A stretch of 64,000 bases of DNA from Gammaproteobacteria bacterium (GCA_965243395.1 CBDEUS010000002.1:832001-896000); one strand, 5' to 3'. Positions 28,342-38,968 are shown, numbered from the stretch's first letter. Notes: a model not told the origin generated them from the letters alone. Program-made: numbers and translations.

Positions 28342-28693
28342 ACCAAAACATCGCTCTAAATCTACTATACTTAAGCTATAAGAATACAAGCAGTGGAATA
28401 GATTCCAGTTGATCGTAATTGGGTGTAGGTATTTGTTATGGAGTTGGATGAAATTTGACAATCAAATGCATTCAATCCCGAACTAAACAATTTTTGAATT
28501 GTTCAAACAATTAGAAAAATAAGTATTTTAAGCCAATTAAGCACTTCAAAATTCAATTGGTTTAAATTATTTAAGTTTATATAGAGTCGATTGTTCGAAT
28601 AGAAAAATTATATTGCAGTATCTGAAGGAGAAAGTTGTGGGAATACGTGGCACAAGTGTTGTTTTAATTTCCGATAAGGAAGAATCGGAAATT

Positions 28694-29293
28694 ATGAATA
28701 AGAATTTACTTTTCAATACCAGCAGATATCTGATAACAGTAATTTTTTTACTGTCTTCTTGTTTTGCATTAGCTGCAGATGAAAAATTTAATGGTGCATC
28801 ATCCAATCCTGATGAATATAGAATTGGACCAGAAGACGTACTTGATATATCTGTGTGGAAAGAAGAAGAGTTGCAACGTGAAGTTCTTGTGCGACCTGAT
28901 GGCGGAATATCATTCCCATTGGCTGGAGATATTCAAGTAGATGGTAAAACACCACAAGAAGTAGAGCAGGAAATTACTACCAGAATTCAAAAATATATTC
29001 CTGAAGCTGTGGTTACCGTATCGGTTAAAACGGTTTCAGGTTATACCATCTTTGTAAACGGAAAAGTTAAAAGCCCTGGAAAATTTGTTGTAGGTAGATA
29101 TATGGACGTAATGCAGGCGATAACTTTAGCTGGAGGCTTAGATACTTTTGCTAAGGGGAACTCAATTCAAGTAATTCGAAGAGTGGGGAGCAAGCAGGTT
29201 GTACATAAATTTAACTATGATCAAGTTAAGAAAGGGAAAAACATGAGTCAGAATATCGTTTTAAAGAGCGGTGATACGATTGTGGTTCCCTAA
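28694..29293 (+). CDS. wza: Polysaccharide export protein (short Wza/OPX type)
   Basis: YRIGPEDVLDISVWKEEEL..VLVRPDGGISFPLAGDI and SLBB domain, LKSGDTIVVP; ATG at 28694 gives a signal peptide. Confidence 0.9.
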   Translation: MNKNLLFNTSRYLITVIFLLSSCFALAADEKFNGASSNPDEYRIGPEDVLDISVWKEEELQREVLVRPDGGISFPLAGDIQVDGKTPQEVEQEITTRIQKYIPEAVVTVSVKTVSGYTIFVNGKVKSPGKFVVGRYMDVMQAITLAGGLDTFAKGNSIQVIRRVGSKQVVHKFNYDQVKKGKNMSQNIVLKSGDTIVVP

Positions 29294-29337
29294 TTAATAT
29301 TATTTCTAAATTAATAATTATAAATGGGTAAAAAATC

Positions 29338-30603
29338 ATGAATAAAATTTGGGAAAAGTTAGAGATGCAATCAAAATATAAAAATCGATTTGTTACCTTT
29401 ATTAGCATAATCGGGGTTTTCTTATTTGCTAATAATGTTCAAGCTGCAGTTTGGTTGCTTGACCCGACGGTAACCCTTTCCTATGAATATAGTGAAAATT
29501 ATCGACTGGATAACGTTTCAGCATTAGAAGACGATGTGGGCACGACTACCTTGTCTGGAGAAATTGCAGTAAAGGGTAAATCTGAGCGTTTAGATTTTTT
29601 GGGCTTATTACGCATTGATGCTCCCAACTATAGTGGAGATGACGATGATCTGAGCGAAAGAAATAACCAAACAGTTGGATTAAATACGGGATATTGGTTA
29701 TCAGATAGAAATAGAGTGTCGCTTAAATCGTCGTACATTCGTGATACTCAAATTAGAGATTCACAAATTGAAGTTGATCCCGAGGATTTTGGAGATACTG
29801 GATCATTAGATCCAACTTTGGATGTGGATCAAAGTCTGATTAGACAAAATATTAGACGAGAGCGTACTAAAATTCGCCCGCGTTGGGATATTCAGGTAAG
29901 TGAAAGAACTAACATTGGATTTGATTACTTGTATAAGGATCTGTCATTTAGTGGCAGTGGAAGTGCGCTTTTAGTTGAATCTGAATCGCATGCCATTGCA
30001 GCAGATATCTCTCGAAAAATTTCAGAAAGAGATACGATTAGCTTGAGGATAAGTGAAGATCGTTTTGAGCCAGATAGTAACAATGGCCCAGACCAAGATA
30101 TCGATACAACTGAGGCGAGAGTTGGATGGGTGCATGCATTTTCTGAAACTTTCAAGATGGATTTAACCGCAGGCGGCTATGACGCCGACTTTGATAATGC
30201 AAGAAGAAGTAGTGATTCAGGTTTTGTAGGAAACATAGGGGCTACAAAAAATGCTGGATTAACAACTTACAGAATTAATTTAGAGAAAAGAGTTACTCCA
30301 ACCTCTTCGGGCAGGCAAGTTGAAGTTGATGAACTTAAGCTCGATGTGCGTCGAGATATCACCGAGAAATTATCTTTTAGATTTTTAGGTCGCTATTTTG
30401 ATTCAGAAACAACGGATGGTTCCGACGGGAATAGTAATCGAGATTATTTTTCGTTAACACCAGAATTATCCTGGAGGTTTTTACCTTCTTGGGTTGCAAG
30501 TGCTCATTATGAGTATGAGGAAGAAGATTTAGATGATGGTGGAGATGCAGATAGCAATACAGCATTTATTAGTATTAGCTGGTCACCGCCGAGACAATTT
30601 TAG
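29338..30603 (+). CDS. Outer-membrane beta-barrel associated with EPS export
   Basis: Signal peptide, repeated amphipathic beta strands, located between wza and the co-polymerase. Confidence 0.75.
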   Translation: MNKIWEKLEMQSKYKNRFVTFISIIGVFLFANNVQAAVWLLDPTVTLSYEYSENYRLDNVSALEDDVGTTTLSGEIAVKGKSERLDFLGLLRIDAPNYSGDDDDLSERNNQTVGLNTGYWLSDRNRVSLKSSYIRDTQIRDSQIEVDPEDFGDTGSLDPTLDVDQSLIRQNIRRERTKIRPRWDIQVSERTNIGFDYLYKDLSFSGSGSALLVESESHAIAADISRKISERDTISLRISEDRFEPDSNNGPDQDIDTTEARVGWVHAFSETFKMDLTAGGYDADFDNARRSSDSGFVGNIGATKNAGLTTYRINLEKRVTPTSSGRQVEVDELKLDVRRDITEKLSFRFLGRYFDSETTDGSDGNSNRDYFSLTPELSWRFLPSWVASAHYEYEEEDLDDGGDADSNTAFISISWSPPRQF

Positions 30604-30629
30604 AATAATTTTTACTGAGATAAATACAG

Positions 30630-32264
30630 ATGAATACTCTTTTCGTAAATGGCATGCAAGAACAATTTCAGCCAATGAAATTTCAAGATTATATGGCGAT
30701 AATAAGACGTCGAAAACTTGCCTTTTTGGCGACTTTTTTTATTCTTTTGCCAATTGCAATTTCACCTGCAATTTTTTTGCCTTCTGTATATCGTTCTCAG
30801 ACAACAATCATAGTTGATAGACAAGATATCCCTACCGATCTAGTTGAGACTACTGTTACAGGGCTAGTAAATGAACGTATCGAAGGATTAACTAAAAGAC
30901 TCCTAACGATCGAAAACTTGTGGACGATAATTGAAAAACATGATCTATATAGCGAACTTCGTGAAAGCAGTAACGATGATCAATTTAAAATCACAACCAA
31001 GATGCGCGAAAATATAGAAATTCAAAATGTAGAAATTGAGGCTACTGATCCAGTTTTATTTAGAACCAGTACAACAACAATTGCCTTTACGATCGCTTTT
31101 GAAGGATCAGATCCTCAAGATGTTCAATCAGTTACTGAGGATCTTGCAAATTTATATATCAACGAGAATCAAAGATTGAGATCTGAACACGCACAAGAAG
31201 TTTCAAAATTTCTTGAGTTTGAAGGTCAAAGGCTAAGTGAAGAAATCACCTCTTTGGAAAAACAGTTAGCTGATTTTAAGCAAAATCAGAGAGATAAATT
31301 ACCTGAGCTGATGGATTTAAACCTTCAGTTATTTGAGAAAACTGAGGGTGAAATTGTTTTTTCAAGAGGACAAATTAACGAGTTACAAGACACTATCGCA
31401 GCACTGCAAGCTGAGTTAGCCATTACTAATACTCATCAAGATGTGGTTGATAGTACGGGTAATAGAGTATTAATGGGGGACGAACGTCTTAGCTTGTTAA
31501 CCGCTGAGTATCTGCGGCTATCAGCAAGATATTCTGCTCAACATCCCGATCTTATAAAACTACGAAGGGAGATTGAGTCGTTAGGTGGAGAAAGCAATGT
31601 AAGCGGTGTAACAACACTAATTAATAAGCTTACGGTATTAAAATCACAACTAACCGAAGCAAAGCGTAAATATTCGAATGATCATCCAGAAGTTGTAAAT
31701 TTGCAAAAATCTATATCTGCAGTTGAAAAAGGTATTCAAACTGCATCATTAGGTTCATCAAGAGTTTCCAGTGGCTCAGTTAGTGCTCCGGATAATCCCC
31801 GCTATGTTTCATTAAAAACTCAGATCAATGCTGCCTTGGGTAACTTGGCAAGTGAAAGAGCAAGATTAGCAAGTCTAAATGAAAAATTAGAAGAGTATGA
31901 AAAAAGATTATTTCAAACCCCGGTTGTAGAGCGTGATTATAAACTGCTCACACGTGATTATGAGAATGCTAGAAATAAGTACAATGAAATAAAAGATAAG
32001 CAGTTACAGGCTCGTTTAGCTGTTGAGTTGGAAATGAGCAGTAAAGGTGAGCGACTTAGTGTTGTAAGGCCTGCTTATTTACCAAAAAGACCTGATCGTC
32101 CAAATCGCAAAGTGCTTGCAATACTTGGTTTTATATTTGCTGTTGGGGCGGGTATCGGGATGATGATCGTTAGGGAGATTAGTGATCGTACAATCTATGA
32201 TGTTAATGGCTTAGTAGCAGTCTTTCGTGCACCGCCAATTGCGACTATACCGGTTATTCGGTGA
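30630..32264 (+). CDS. Polysaccharide co-polymerase (Wzc N-terminal / GumC-like)
   Basis: Two TMs flanking coiled coils; YSAQHPDL and YSNDHPEV repeats; PAYLPKRPDRPNR Pro-rich motif. Confidence 0.9.
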   Translation: MNTLFVNGMQEQFQPMKFQDYMAIIRRRKLAFLATFFILLPIAISPAIFLPSVYRSQTTIIVDRQDIPTDLVETTVTGLVNERIEGLTKRLLTIENLWTIIEKHDLYSELRESSNDDQFKITTKMRENIEIQNVEIEATDPVLFRTSTTTIAFTIAFEGSDPQDVQSVTEDLANLYINENQRLRSEHAQEVSKFLEFEGQRLSEEITSLEKQLADFKQNQRDKLPELMDLNLQLFEKTEGEIVFSRGQINELQDTIAALQAELAITNTHQDVVDSTGNRVLMGDERLSLLTAEYLRLSARYSAQHPDLIKLRREIESLGGESNVSGVTTLINKLTVLKSQLTEAKRKYSNDHPEVVNLQKSISAVEKGIQTASLGSSRVSSGSVSAPDNPRYVSLKTQINAALGNLASERARLASLNEKLEEYEKRLFQTPVVERDYKLLTRDYENARNKYNEIKDKQLQARLAVELEMSSKGERLSVVRPAYLPKRPDRPNRKVLAILGFIFAVGAGIGMMIVREISDRTIYDVNGLVAVFRAPPIATIPVIR

Positions 32265-32431
32265 TTGAAAGCGCAATGAATAGGCTTTAAACGATCTGGA
32301 TATTATGTGCATCATACTAAAACCACGACCCTATCACTGATTATATGTGGAATTTGCACTATCCTGAGCACAATAGAATCTTTTATAAATATCAGTTGTA
32401 AAAAATTACTTCATAAATAAATACTTAGTTC

Positions 32432-33235
32432 TTGGTCATGAGTCAAATAGAAAAAGCTATAGAGATCGCTCAACGAGATGGAAGCAGGATTCGAGGTGGG
32501 CTCAATACGAGGAATAGTAGCGATACTATTTCAGTTAAATATATAAAAACTAAAAAATTTAATCCTAATAAACGTATATTAAAAAAGAATCGCGTTTTAA
32601 GTGTAATTGAAGACGAAAGTGTTATTGGTTCATATCGCTTTTTGAGAACCCGTGTTTTACAACGCATGAAGCAAAATAATTGGAGAACGTTAGGGGTTAC
32701 TAGTACCGTAAAGAATGCAGGTAAGACCTTATCTGCAGTAAATCTTGGTATTAGTATAGCAATGAAAAAAAATCATACAGCATTAATAGTCGATTCTGAT
32801 TTAAGAAATCCGAGTGTATCGGACTTATTTGGTTATAAGACAAGTATGGGTTTAGGGGACTATTTAAAATCAAACGCCCGAATAGATGATATGTTTGTTA
32901 ATCCAGGTATCGATAACTTTAGCTTTATACCAGGTCATAAGCGAACACAAGCGTCATCTGAGCTCTTATCGACGCGAAAAATGTCTCGTTTGACACATGA
33001 GCTTAAAACACGCTATCCCGCGCGAATTGTAATTTTTGATCTGCCCCCAGTATTAGCTGGAGATGATGTTGTTGCGTTTGCACCTAATTTAGACGCAATA
33101 TTAATTATCGTTGAGGAGGGTGCAACAAAATCACATCAACTTAAGCAGTCCTTGGATTTATTAGAGGGCTCTAACTTTATTGGTGCAGTTCTAAATAAAT
33201 CTAAACATCTGCAAAGTTACGAATATTATTACTAA
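32432..33235 (+). CDS. BY-kinase (CpsD/CapB-type tyrosine kinase)
   Basis: YRFLRT, TSTVKNAGKT Walker A, VDSDLRNP, FDLPP, C-terminal YEYYY cluster. Confidence 0.92.
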   Translation: MVMSQIEKAIEIAQRDGSRIRGGLNTRNSSDTISVKYIKTKKFNPNKRILKKNRVLSVIEDESVIGSYRFLRTRVLQRMKQNNWRTLGVTSTVKNAGKTLSAVNLGISIAMKKNHTALIVDSDLRNPSVSDLFGYKTSMGLGDYLKSNARIDDMFVNPGIDNFSFIPGHKRTQASSELLSTRKMSRLTHELKTRYPARIVIFDLPPVLAGDDVVAFAPNLDAILIIVEEGATKSHQLKQSLDLLEGSNFIGAVLNKSKHLQSYEYYY

Positions 33236-33405
33236 CAGTAATATATGTATCAGTTAATTGCAGGTCTTCATATTTAAATATTAATTTAGTTTTGCACATA
33301 TTGTCACTGTTTTCAGTGGCAATTTAATTATAAATAACATAATTACTTTTTGTTAAAAATAAGTAGACTAGATTATTTTACGTAAATTAATTAAAGATTT
33401 AAGTT

Positions 33406-34179
33406 ATGAAAGCAGTCATATTAGCTGGAGGTTTAGGTACTAGAATCTCTGAAGAGACAACTATAAAACCAAAACCAATGGTAGAAATTGGTGGTTATCC
33501 AATTTTATGGCATATCATGAAAATATATTCATGTGCGGGTATTAATGATTTTATTATTTGCGGCGGTTATAAAGCTCATGTAATAAAAGAATATTTTGCG
33601 AATTATTCTCTACATAGATCTGATATTACGTTTGATCTTAAAAATGATACTCAAACAATACATGCTAGTACCGCTGAACCTTGGTCTGTAACTGTAGTGG
33701 ATACTGGTCCTGTCACGATGACTGGCGGAAGATTAAAACGTGTAAAAGAATATATAGGAAATGAGACATTTTGTTTCACGTATGGAGATGGTCTTGCAGA
33801 TATTAACTTGCCTGAGTTAATTAAATTTCATAAACAACAAAATTGTTCAGCTACTTTAACTGCTACACAACCCCCTGGTAGATTTGGAGCATTTACCTTA
33901 GGTAAAGATCAAGAAAAAATTACCTCATTTCATGAAAAGCCAAGTGGAGATGGCGCATGGATCAATGGAGGATACTTTGTTCTTGAGCCAAATGTAATCG
34001 ACTATATTGATAATGACGCAACGGTTTGGGAACAAGAACCCTTGCAAAACTTGGCAAAAGATGGATTGTTATCTGCTTATAAGCATAGTGGCTTTTGGCA
34101 GCCTATGGATACTTTGCGTGACAAGCATTTTCTTGAGTCGCTTTGGGAAAATGATAAAGCGCCATGGAAAAAATGGTAA
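33406..34179 (+). CDS. rfbF: Glucose-1-phosphate cytidylyltransferase
   Basis: ILAGGLGTRISEET..KPKPMVEIG, TMTGGRLKR, TYGDG, GFWQPMDTLRDK. Confidence 0.95.
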   Translation: MKAVILAGGLGTRISEETTIKPKPMVEIGGYPILWHIMKIYSCAGINDFIICGGYKAHVIKEYFANYSLHRSDITFDLKNDTQTIHASTAEPWSVTVVDTGPVTMTGGRLKRVKEYIGNETFCFTYGDGLADINLPELIKFHKQQNCSATLTATQPPGRFGAFTLGKDQEKITSFHEKPSGDGAWINGGYFVLEPNVIDYIDNDATVWEQEPLQNLAKDGLLSAYKHSGFWQPMDTLRDKHFLESLWENDKAPWKKW

Positions 34180-34207
34180 GCAATCTAATTTGGTTTGATT
34201 ATTAATT

Positions 34208-35407
34208 TTGAATACTTCAGATTTTCTTGTCATTGGTGGCGGTATCATTGGATTGGCCATTGCACGCAATCTTAAGTCTAGATTTCAGGACGCAAAAATA
34301 AATGTAATTGAAAAAGAAAAATCCGTCGGTCTGCATGCGAGTGGCCGCAACAGTGGAGTTCTGCATGCGGGTTTTTATTATACTGCAGATAGTTTAAAAG
34401 CACGTTTTACACGTGATGGCAATCGTCTTTTGACAGAGTACTGTGAAGAAAAAAATATAAATTTAAATAAATGCGGCAAATTGGTAGTCGCTAAAAATGA
34501 ATCTGAAGATGCCATGTTAGATGAATTAATGCGGCGTGGTGATAATAATGGTGTTGAGCTTGAGTTAATTGACATTAAGCAGGCACAGGAAATAGAGCCT
34601 AAGGTTAAAACATTTCGAAGAGCTATTTTCTCTCCTAATACTGCAACTGCAGATCCTGGAGAAGTAATTAGTGCTTTCGAGGCAGATGCTAGATCAGAAA
34701 ACATTAATATATTTTATGAACAAGCTTATGTTTCAGGTGCAAATAATACTATTGAAACTACAAGTGCAAAATTTAGTGCAGGTTATGTCATTAATTGTGC
34801 GGGTCTATATGCAGACCATATCGCTAAACAATTTGGTTTTTCACAGGATTATGCCATATTGCCTTTTAAGGGCTTGTATCTAAAATCTGATGAGCCAGCA
34901 GGCACTTACCGCACTAATATTTACCCTGTCCCAGATCTAGATAATCCGTTTTTAGGCGTGCATTTCACCATCAAGGTAGATGGTACAGCTAAGATTGGTC
35001 CTACCGCTATTCCCGCTTTGTGGCGTGAGCAATATCAAGGTTTAAGCAGATTTCAACTGAATGAGCTAGCCGATATAGCAGCCCGTTCAATGGGGCTACT
35101 ACTTAGGTCAGATTTTGATTTTAAGCGAATCGCGGCCACAGAAATACTGAAATACTCTCGCCGTAGAATGGTAAGCCTAGCAAAAGACTTGGTTCAAGAA
35201 ATTGATCATAAAGTTTTTAAAGAATGGGCAAAACCTGGAATTCGTGCACAGTTAGTAGACTTGAAAAAACGTAAACTAGAAATGGATTTTGTGTTAGAGA
35301 GCGATGATCAATCTATGCATGTATTAAATGCAGTGTCCCCAGGTTGGACATGCTCAATCCCATTTTCGGCTTATGTAGTAGATGAAATTATCAGGAGTAT
35401 GAGTTGA
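34208..35407 (+). CDS. lhgO: L-2-hydroxyglutarate oxidase-like FAD oxidoreductase
   Basis: IGGGIIG, HASGRNSGVLHAG.YY..SLKA, IYPVPD..PFLGVHFT, GIRAQ, NAVSP. Confidence 0.8.
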   Translation: MNTSDFLVIGGGIIGLAIARNLKSRFQDAKINVIEKEKSVGLHASGRNSGVLHAGFYYTADSLKARFTRDGNRLLTEYCEEKNINLNKCGKLVVAKNESEDAMLDELMRRGDNNGVELELIDIKQAQEIEPKVKTFRRAIFSPNTATADPGEVISAFEADARSENINIFYEQAYVSGANNTIETTSAKFSAGYVINCAGLYADHIAKQFGFSQDYAILPFKGLYLKSDEPAGTYRTNIYPVPDLDNPFLGVHFTIKVDGTAKIGPTAIPALWREQYQGLSRFQLNELADIAARSMGLLLRSDFDFKRIAATEILKYSRRRMVSLAKDLVQEIDHKVFKEWAKPGIRAQLVDLKKRKLEMDFVLESDDQSMHVLNAVSPGWTCSIPFSAYVVDEIIRSMS

Positions 35408-36456
35408 ACATTAGAAAAATATTAGTTACTGGAAATATGGGCTATATAGGCCCGGAGCTTATTAAAAAATTAAGATCAAGCTATCCGGATGCAAAGATTG
35501 TAGGCGTGGATTTAGGCTTTTTTGCGCATTGTCTTACTGGAGCTGATGTTTTGCCTGAACGAAATGTTGATCACCAATATTTTCAAGATGTCAGAAAACT
35601 TGATGCTGAGTTATTGAAAGATGTAGATGCCATTGTGCATTTGGCCGCTGTTTCAAATGATCCTATGGGTAATGCGTATGAAAGTGTTACAGCTGCCATA
35701 AATCATCAATCAAGCGTAAATATTGCAAAATTAGCAAAACAATCTGGAGTAAGTGCTTATGTATTTGCTTCAAGCTGTAGCGTCTATGGTTATGCGGAAG
35801 GAGATGCCAGAGATGAAAACTCTGAGCTGAATCCGCTTACCGCTTATGCTAAATCTAAAATCAATACAGAGTTGGATATTTGTGATTTAGCCGATGATAA
35901 ATTTAAGATTACATGCTTACGCTTTCCAACCGCATGTGGAATGAGTGATCGTTTGCGTTTGGATCTAGTATTGAATGATTTTGTTGCTTCTGCAGTAGCT
36001 ACAAATAAAATTACTATTTTGAGTGACGGTACTCCATGGCGTCCACTTATTGATATTAAAGATATGTCGACAGCAATTGATTGGGCAATCTCAAGACAAG
36101 CTGACGCCACTAATCAATTTCTAGCAATAAATGCGGGTCGCACAGAATGGAATTACCAAGTTAAAGATCTTGCTGATGCAGTAAAAGAATTAATGCCTGA
36201 TGTTGATATAGATATCAATACAGAGGCTGCTCCTGACAAGCGATCTTATCGTGTCGATTTTAGCAAGTATGCTGATATGGCACCCGATCACATGCCCCAA
36301 GTAGATTTGATGCAGTCCATTAAGGAATTAAAAACAGGTCTGGAAAAGATTTGTTTCAATAATCCCGATTTTAGAAATTCACAATTTATGCGTCTTAAAG
36401 TATTAACTAGCCATCAAGAAAAAGGCTTATTGACTGATCAACTTGAGTGGGTTTAG
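35404..36456 (+). CDS. NAD-dependent nucleotide-sugar epimerase/dehydratase (extended SDR)
   Basis: TGNMGYIG, HLAAVSNDP, SSCSVYG, YAKSK. Confidence 0.9.
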   Translation: MNIRKILVTGNMGYIGPELIKKLRSSYPDAKIVGVDLGFFAHCLTGADVLPERNVDHQYFQDVRKLDAELLKDVDAIVHLAAVSNDPMGNAYESVTAAINHQSSVNIAKLAKQSGVSAYVFASSCSVYGYAEGDARDENSELNPLTAYAKSKINTELDICDLADDKFKITCLRFPTACGMSDRLRLDLVLNDFVASAVATNKITILSDGTPWRPLIDIKDMSTAIDWAISRQADATNQFLAINAGRTEWNYQVKDLADAVKELMPDVDIDINTEAAPDKRSYRVDFSKYADMAPDHMPQVDLMQSIKELKTGLEKICFNNPDFRNSQFMRLKVLTSHQEKGLLTDQLEWV

Positions 36457-36500
36457 TTTTTGTTATCAAGCAAATCAAATGCATAAAAATAGGATAAGAA

Positions 36501-37028
36501 ATGCAATTTACTGAGACAAAACTTAAAAGTGGTTTTATCATCGATATCCAGAAAATTGAGGATGATCGAGGATTTTTTGCACGTAGTTTTTGTAAGAATG
36601 AATTTAAAGAACAGGGTATTAGCTCTGATTTAGCGCAGGCAAATATTTCGTTTAACAAATACAAAGGAACTTTACGTGGCTTGCATTATCAAGGTTCACC
36701 TCATGAAGAAGCCAAACTCGTACGTTGTACTAAAGGCGCTATCTTTGATGTCATGGTAGATCTACGTGAAGACTCACCAACTTTTTGCCAATGGGTTGGT
36801 GCAGAGCTCACTGCAGAAAATCATCGAATGTTGTTAATTCCAGAAGGGTTTGGACATGGATTTCAAACCTTGGAAGATAACACTGAAGTGATCTACCAGG
36901 TATCTGAGTTTTATACTCCATCAGCCGAAAAGGGTGCTCTATATAATGATCCTGCATTCGGTATTGAGTGGCCACTGGATGTTTCGGTCATTTCCGATAA
37001 AGATGCAAACTGGGCGGCGTTTAATTAA
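36501..37028 (+). CDS. rfbC: dTDP-4-dehydrorhamnose 3,5-epimerase family protein
   Basis: DDRGFFAR, GTLRGLHYQ, KLVRC..GAIFDV.VDLR..SPT, GFGHGFQTL. Confidence 0.9.
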   Translation: MQFTETKLKSGFIIDIQKIEDDRGFFARSFCKNEFKEQGISSDLAQANISFNKYKGTLRGLHYQGSPHEEAKLVRCTKGAIFDVMVDLREDSPTFCQWVGAELTAENHRMLLIPEGFGHGFQTLEDNTEVIYQVSEFYTPSAEKGALYNDPAFGIEWPLDVSVISDKDANWAAFN

Positions 37029-37098
37029 TAAGTTTTATTTAAATATGATTAACAAAGCTTAGACCAAGGCATCTAAGCAATTTTAAGAGCTACAAGTT

Positions 37099-38388
37099 AT
37101 GTTCATTATTGATAACGCATTAAAGCAACGTGAAGCAGACAATAAGCCTATAAAAGTTGGAATGGTAGGTGCCGGTTTTATGGGTCGTGGCATCACTTTG
37201 CAGATATTAAATGTCGTGCCAGGTATGGAGTTGGTAGCTATATCAAATCGCTCCATTGATGGTGCGATACGCGCCTATAACGAAGCAGGTTGTGAAGAAA
37301 CTACACAGGTTGATTCGTTATCCGCATTAGAATCAGCAATTAGTACTGGAAAGAAAGCCGTTACAGATAACCCGCTACTATTATGTCAGGCTGATCAAAT
37401 TGATGTCATTGTAGAAGTTACTGGAACTATTGAACTTGGCGCCCAAGTTGCGCTGGAAGCGATTAATCACGGTAAACATGTAGTGGCAATGAACCCTGAA
37501 TTAGACGGCACTTTGGGACCGGTTCTTAAACACTATGCGGATAAAGCTGGAGTCGTATTTACAGATGCTGATGGTGATCAGCCAGGTGTAATAATGAATC
37601 TCTATCGATTTGTAAAAGGTATGGGTGTTAAACCAGTTCTGTGTGGAAATATTAAAGGTTTACAAGATCCTTATCGTAATCCTACAACTCAAGAAGGATT
37701 CGCCAAGAAATGGGGTCAGAAAGCTCATATGGTGACTTCCTTTGCAGATGGAACCAAAGTGTCTTTTGAGCAAGCTGTGGTGGCGAATGCAACGGATATG
37801 CGAGTGGCTAAACGGGGAATGCATGGACCCACAGTTGAATCAGGTACTCCACTAAAAGAAGCGATTAAATTGTTTCCTAGTGAAGATTTAGAAAAAGGTA
37901 ATGGCATAGTTGATTATGTGGTGGGGGCTGAGCCAGGCCCAGGTGTATTTGTTATAGGGATGCATGACCATCCACAACAACAACATTATCTTAATTTATA
38001 CAAGCTAGGTGAGGGCCCATTCTATTTGTATTACACGCCTTACCATTTATGTCATTTTGAAGTCCATAACACAATCGCACGTGCTGCATTATTTAACGAC
38101 GCTACGATTACACCTATCGATGGGCCCAAAGTTGATGTAGCAACGATTGCGAAAATTGATTTGAAAGCAGGCGAGACATTAGATGGGATGGGCTATTACA
38201 TGACTTATGGTGAAGCAGAAAATTCAGATATTGTTAAAAAGGATCGGCTTTTACCAATTGGTCTAGCTGAGGGCTGTAAATTAAAAGTTGATATTAAAAA
38301 GGATCAAGCTTTAACTTATGACGATGTAGAAGTACCGAGCGGTAGATTTGGTGATAAGCTACGAGCAGAACAAGACCAGTTATTTTAA
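37099..38388 (+). CDS. NAD(P)-dependent oxidoreductase, homoserine-dehydrogenase-like with C-terminal SAF domain
   Basis: VGAGFMG, DGDQPG, TSFADGTK, PYHLCHFE; SAF AKIDLKAGETLDG..LPIGLA. Confidence 0.85.
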   Translation: MFIIDNALKQREADNKPIKVGMVGAGFMGRGITLQILNVVPGMELVAISNRSIDGAIRAYNEAGCEETTQVDSLSALESAISTGKKAVTDNPLLLCQADQIDVIVEVTGTIELGAQVALEAINHGKHVVAMNPELDGTLGPVLKHYADKAGVVFTDADGDQPGVIMNLYRFVKGMGVKPVLCGNIKGLQDPYRNPTTQEGFAKKWGQKAHMVTSFADGTKVSFEQAVVANATDMRVAKRGMHGPTVESGTPLKEAIKLFPSEDLEKGNGIVDYVVGAEPGPGVFVIGMHDHPQQQHYLNLYKLGEGPFYLYYTPYHLCHFEVHNTIARAALFNDATITPIDGPKVDVATIAKIDLKAGETLDGMGYYMTYGEAENSDIVKKDRLLPIGLAEGCKLKVDIKKDQALTYDDVEVPSGRFGDKLRAEQDQLF

Positions 38389-38422
38389 ATTATTGATATT
38401 GTAAGTGTAAGATTTGTTACAA

Positions 38423-38830
38423 CTAACTTTCAATTACATCTCTAAGTAAATTATTTGCATTCTTTTTATTGGTGCCATAATAAACAAGATATCCAGTGAC
38501 ATCTCCTGGAACATCGTTCCATGAGAGGCTTAAGGTTTTTTCATTTTTTAAGACACTACATATAGCACCAGAGAAATCAGATTCTGTAACATTATTGTAG
38601 GATTTAATTCTAAAACAGACTTTTTCTCCTTTTTCCAGACCAAGCTCTAGTATGGGATCTATTTCAATTGAATTGCTCAGGGTTTTTGGTGACGATGAGC
38701 TTGAAGAAGATGGCGCCAAACTAGACTGCGCTGATTGTTCCTCAGAAGAAGAACTACCTCCACCACCGCAACCACAAATTATTAAGGATACGATTGCTAG
38801 TACCCACGAAGAGTATTTAATTTTTTCCAA
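38423..38830 (-). CDS. Lipoprotein with Ser-rich linker and circularly permuted fibronectin type III-like domain
   Basis: Lipobox-like IICG-C followed by GGGGSSSS; VCFRIKSYN..ESDFS precedes LSLSW..GYLVYYG. Confidence 0.7.
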   Translation of the reverse strand: MEKIKYSSWVLAIVSLIICGCGGGGSSSSEEQSAQSSLAPSSSSSSSPKTLSNSIEIDPILELGLEKGEKVCFRIKSYNNVTESDFSGAICSVLKNEKTLSLSWNDVPGDVTGYLVYYGTNKKNANNLLRDVIES

Positions 38831-38968
38831 CTCCAGAAAACCTCTTTCTAAATTAAGTTCCTAAAAATTTGATCTGATATAAGATTTCAAATTAATGTTA
38901 ATTAAAATCAGGAAGTTATGAAAATAATTTCAAGTAAAATCAATAACTTATTAACCCTAAATTATTTT

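Noticed and set aside
28613-28693. Upstream TTG start for wza given in the ORF track
   Set aside because: ATG at 28694 yields a normal signal peptide; the extension looks like leader sequence
28342-28693. JUMPstart/ops element in the long EPS leader
   Set aside because: No GGCGGTAG ops core seen
32265-32420. Possible decayed C-terminal extension of the co-polymerase (in-frame hydrophobic stretch TLSLIICGICTILSTI)
   Set aside because: Separated from the ORF by two stop codons with no supporting motif; could be chance in AT-rich DNA
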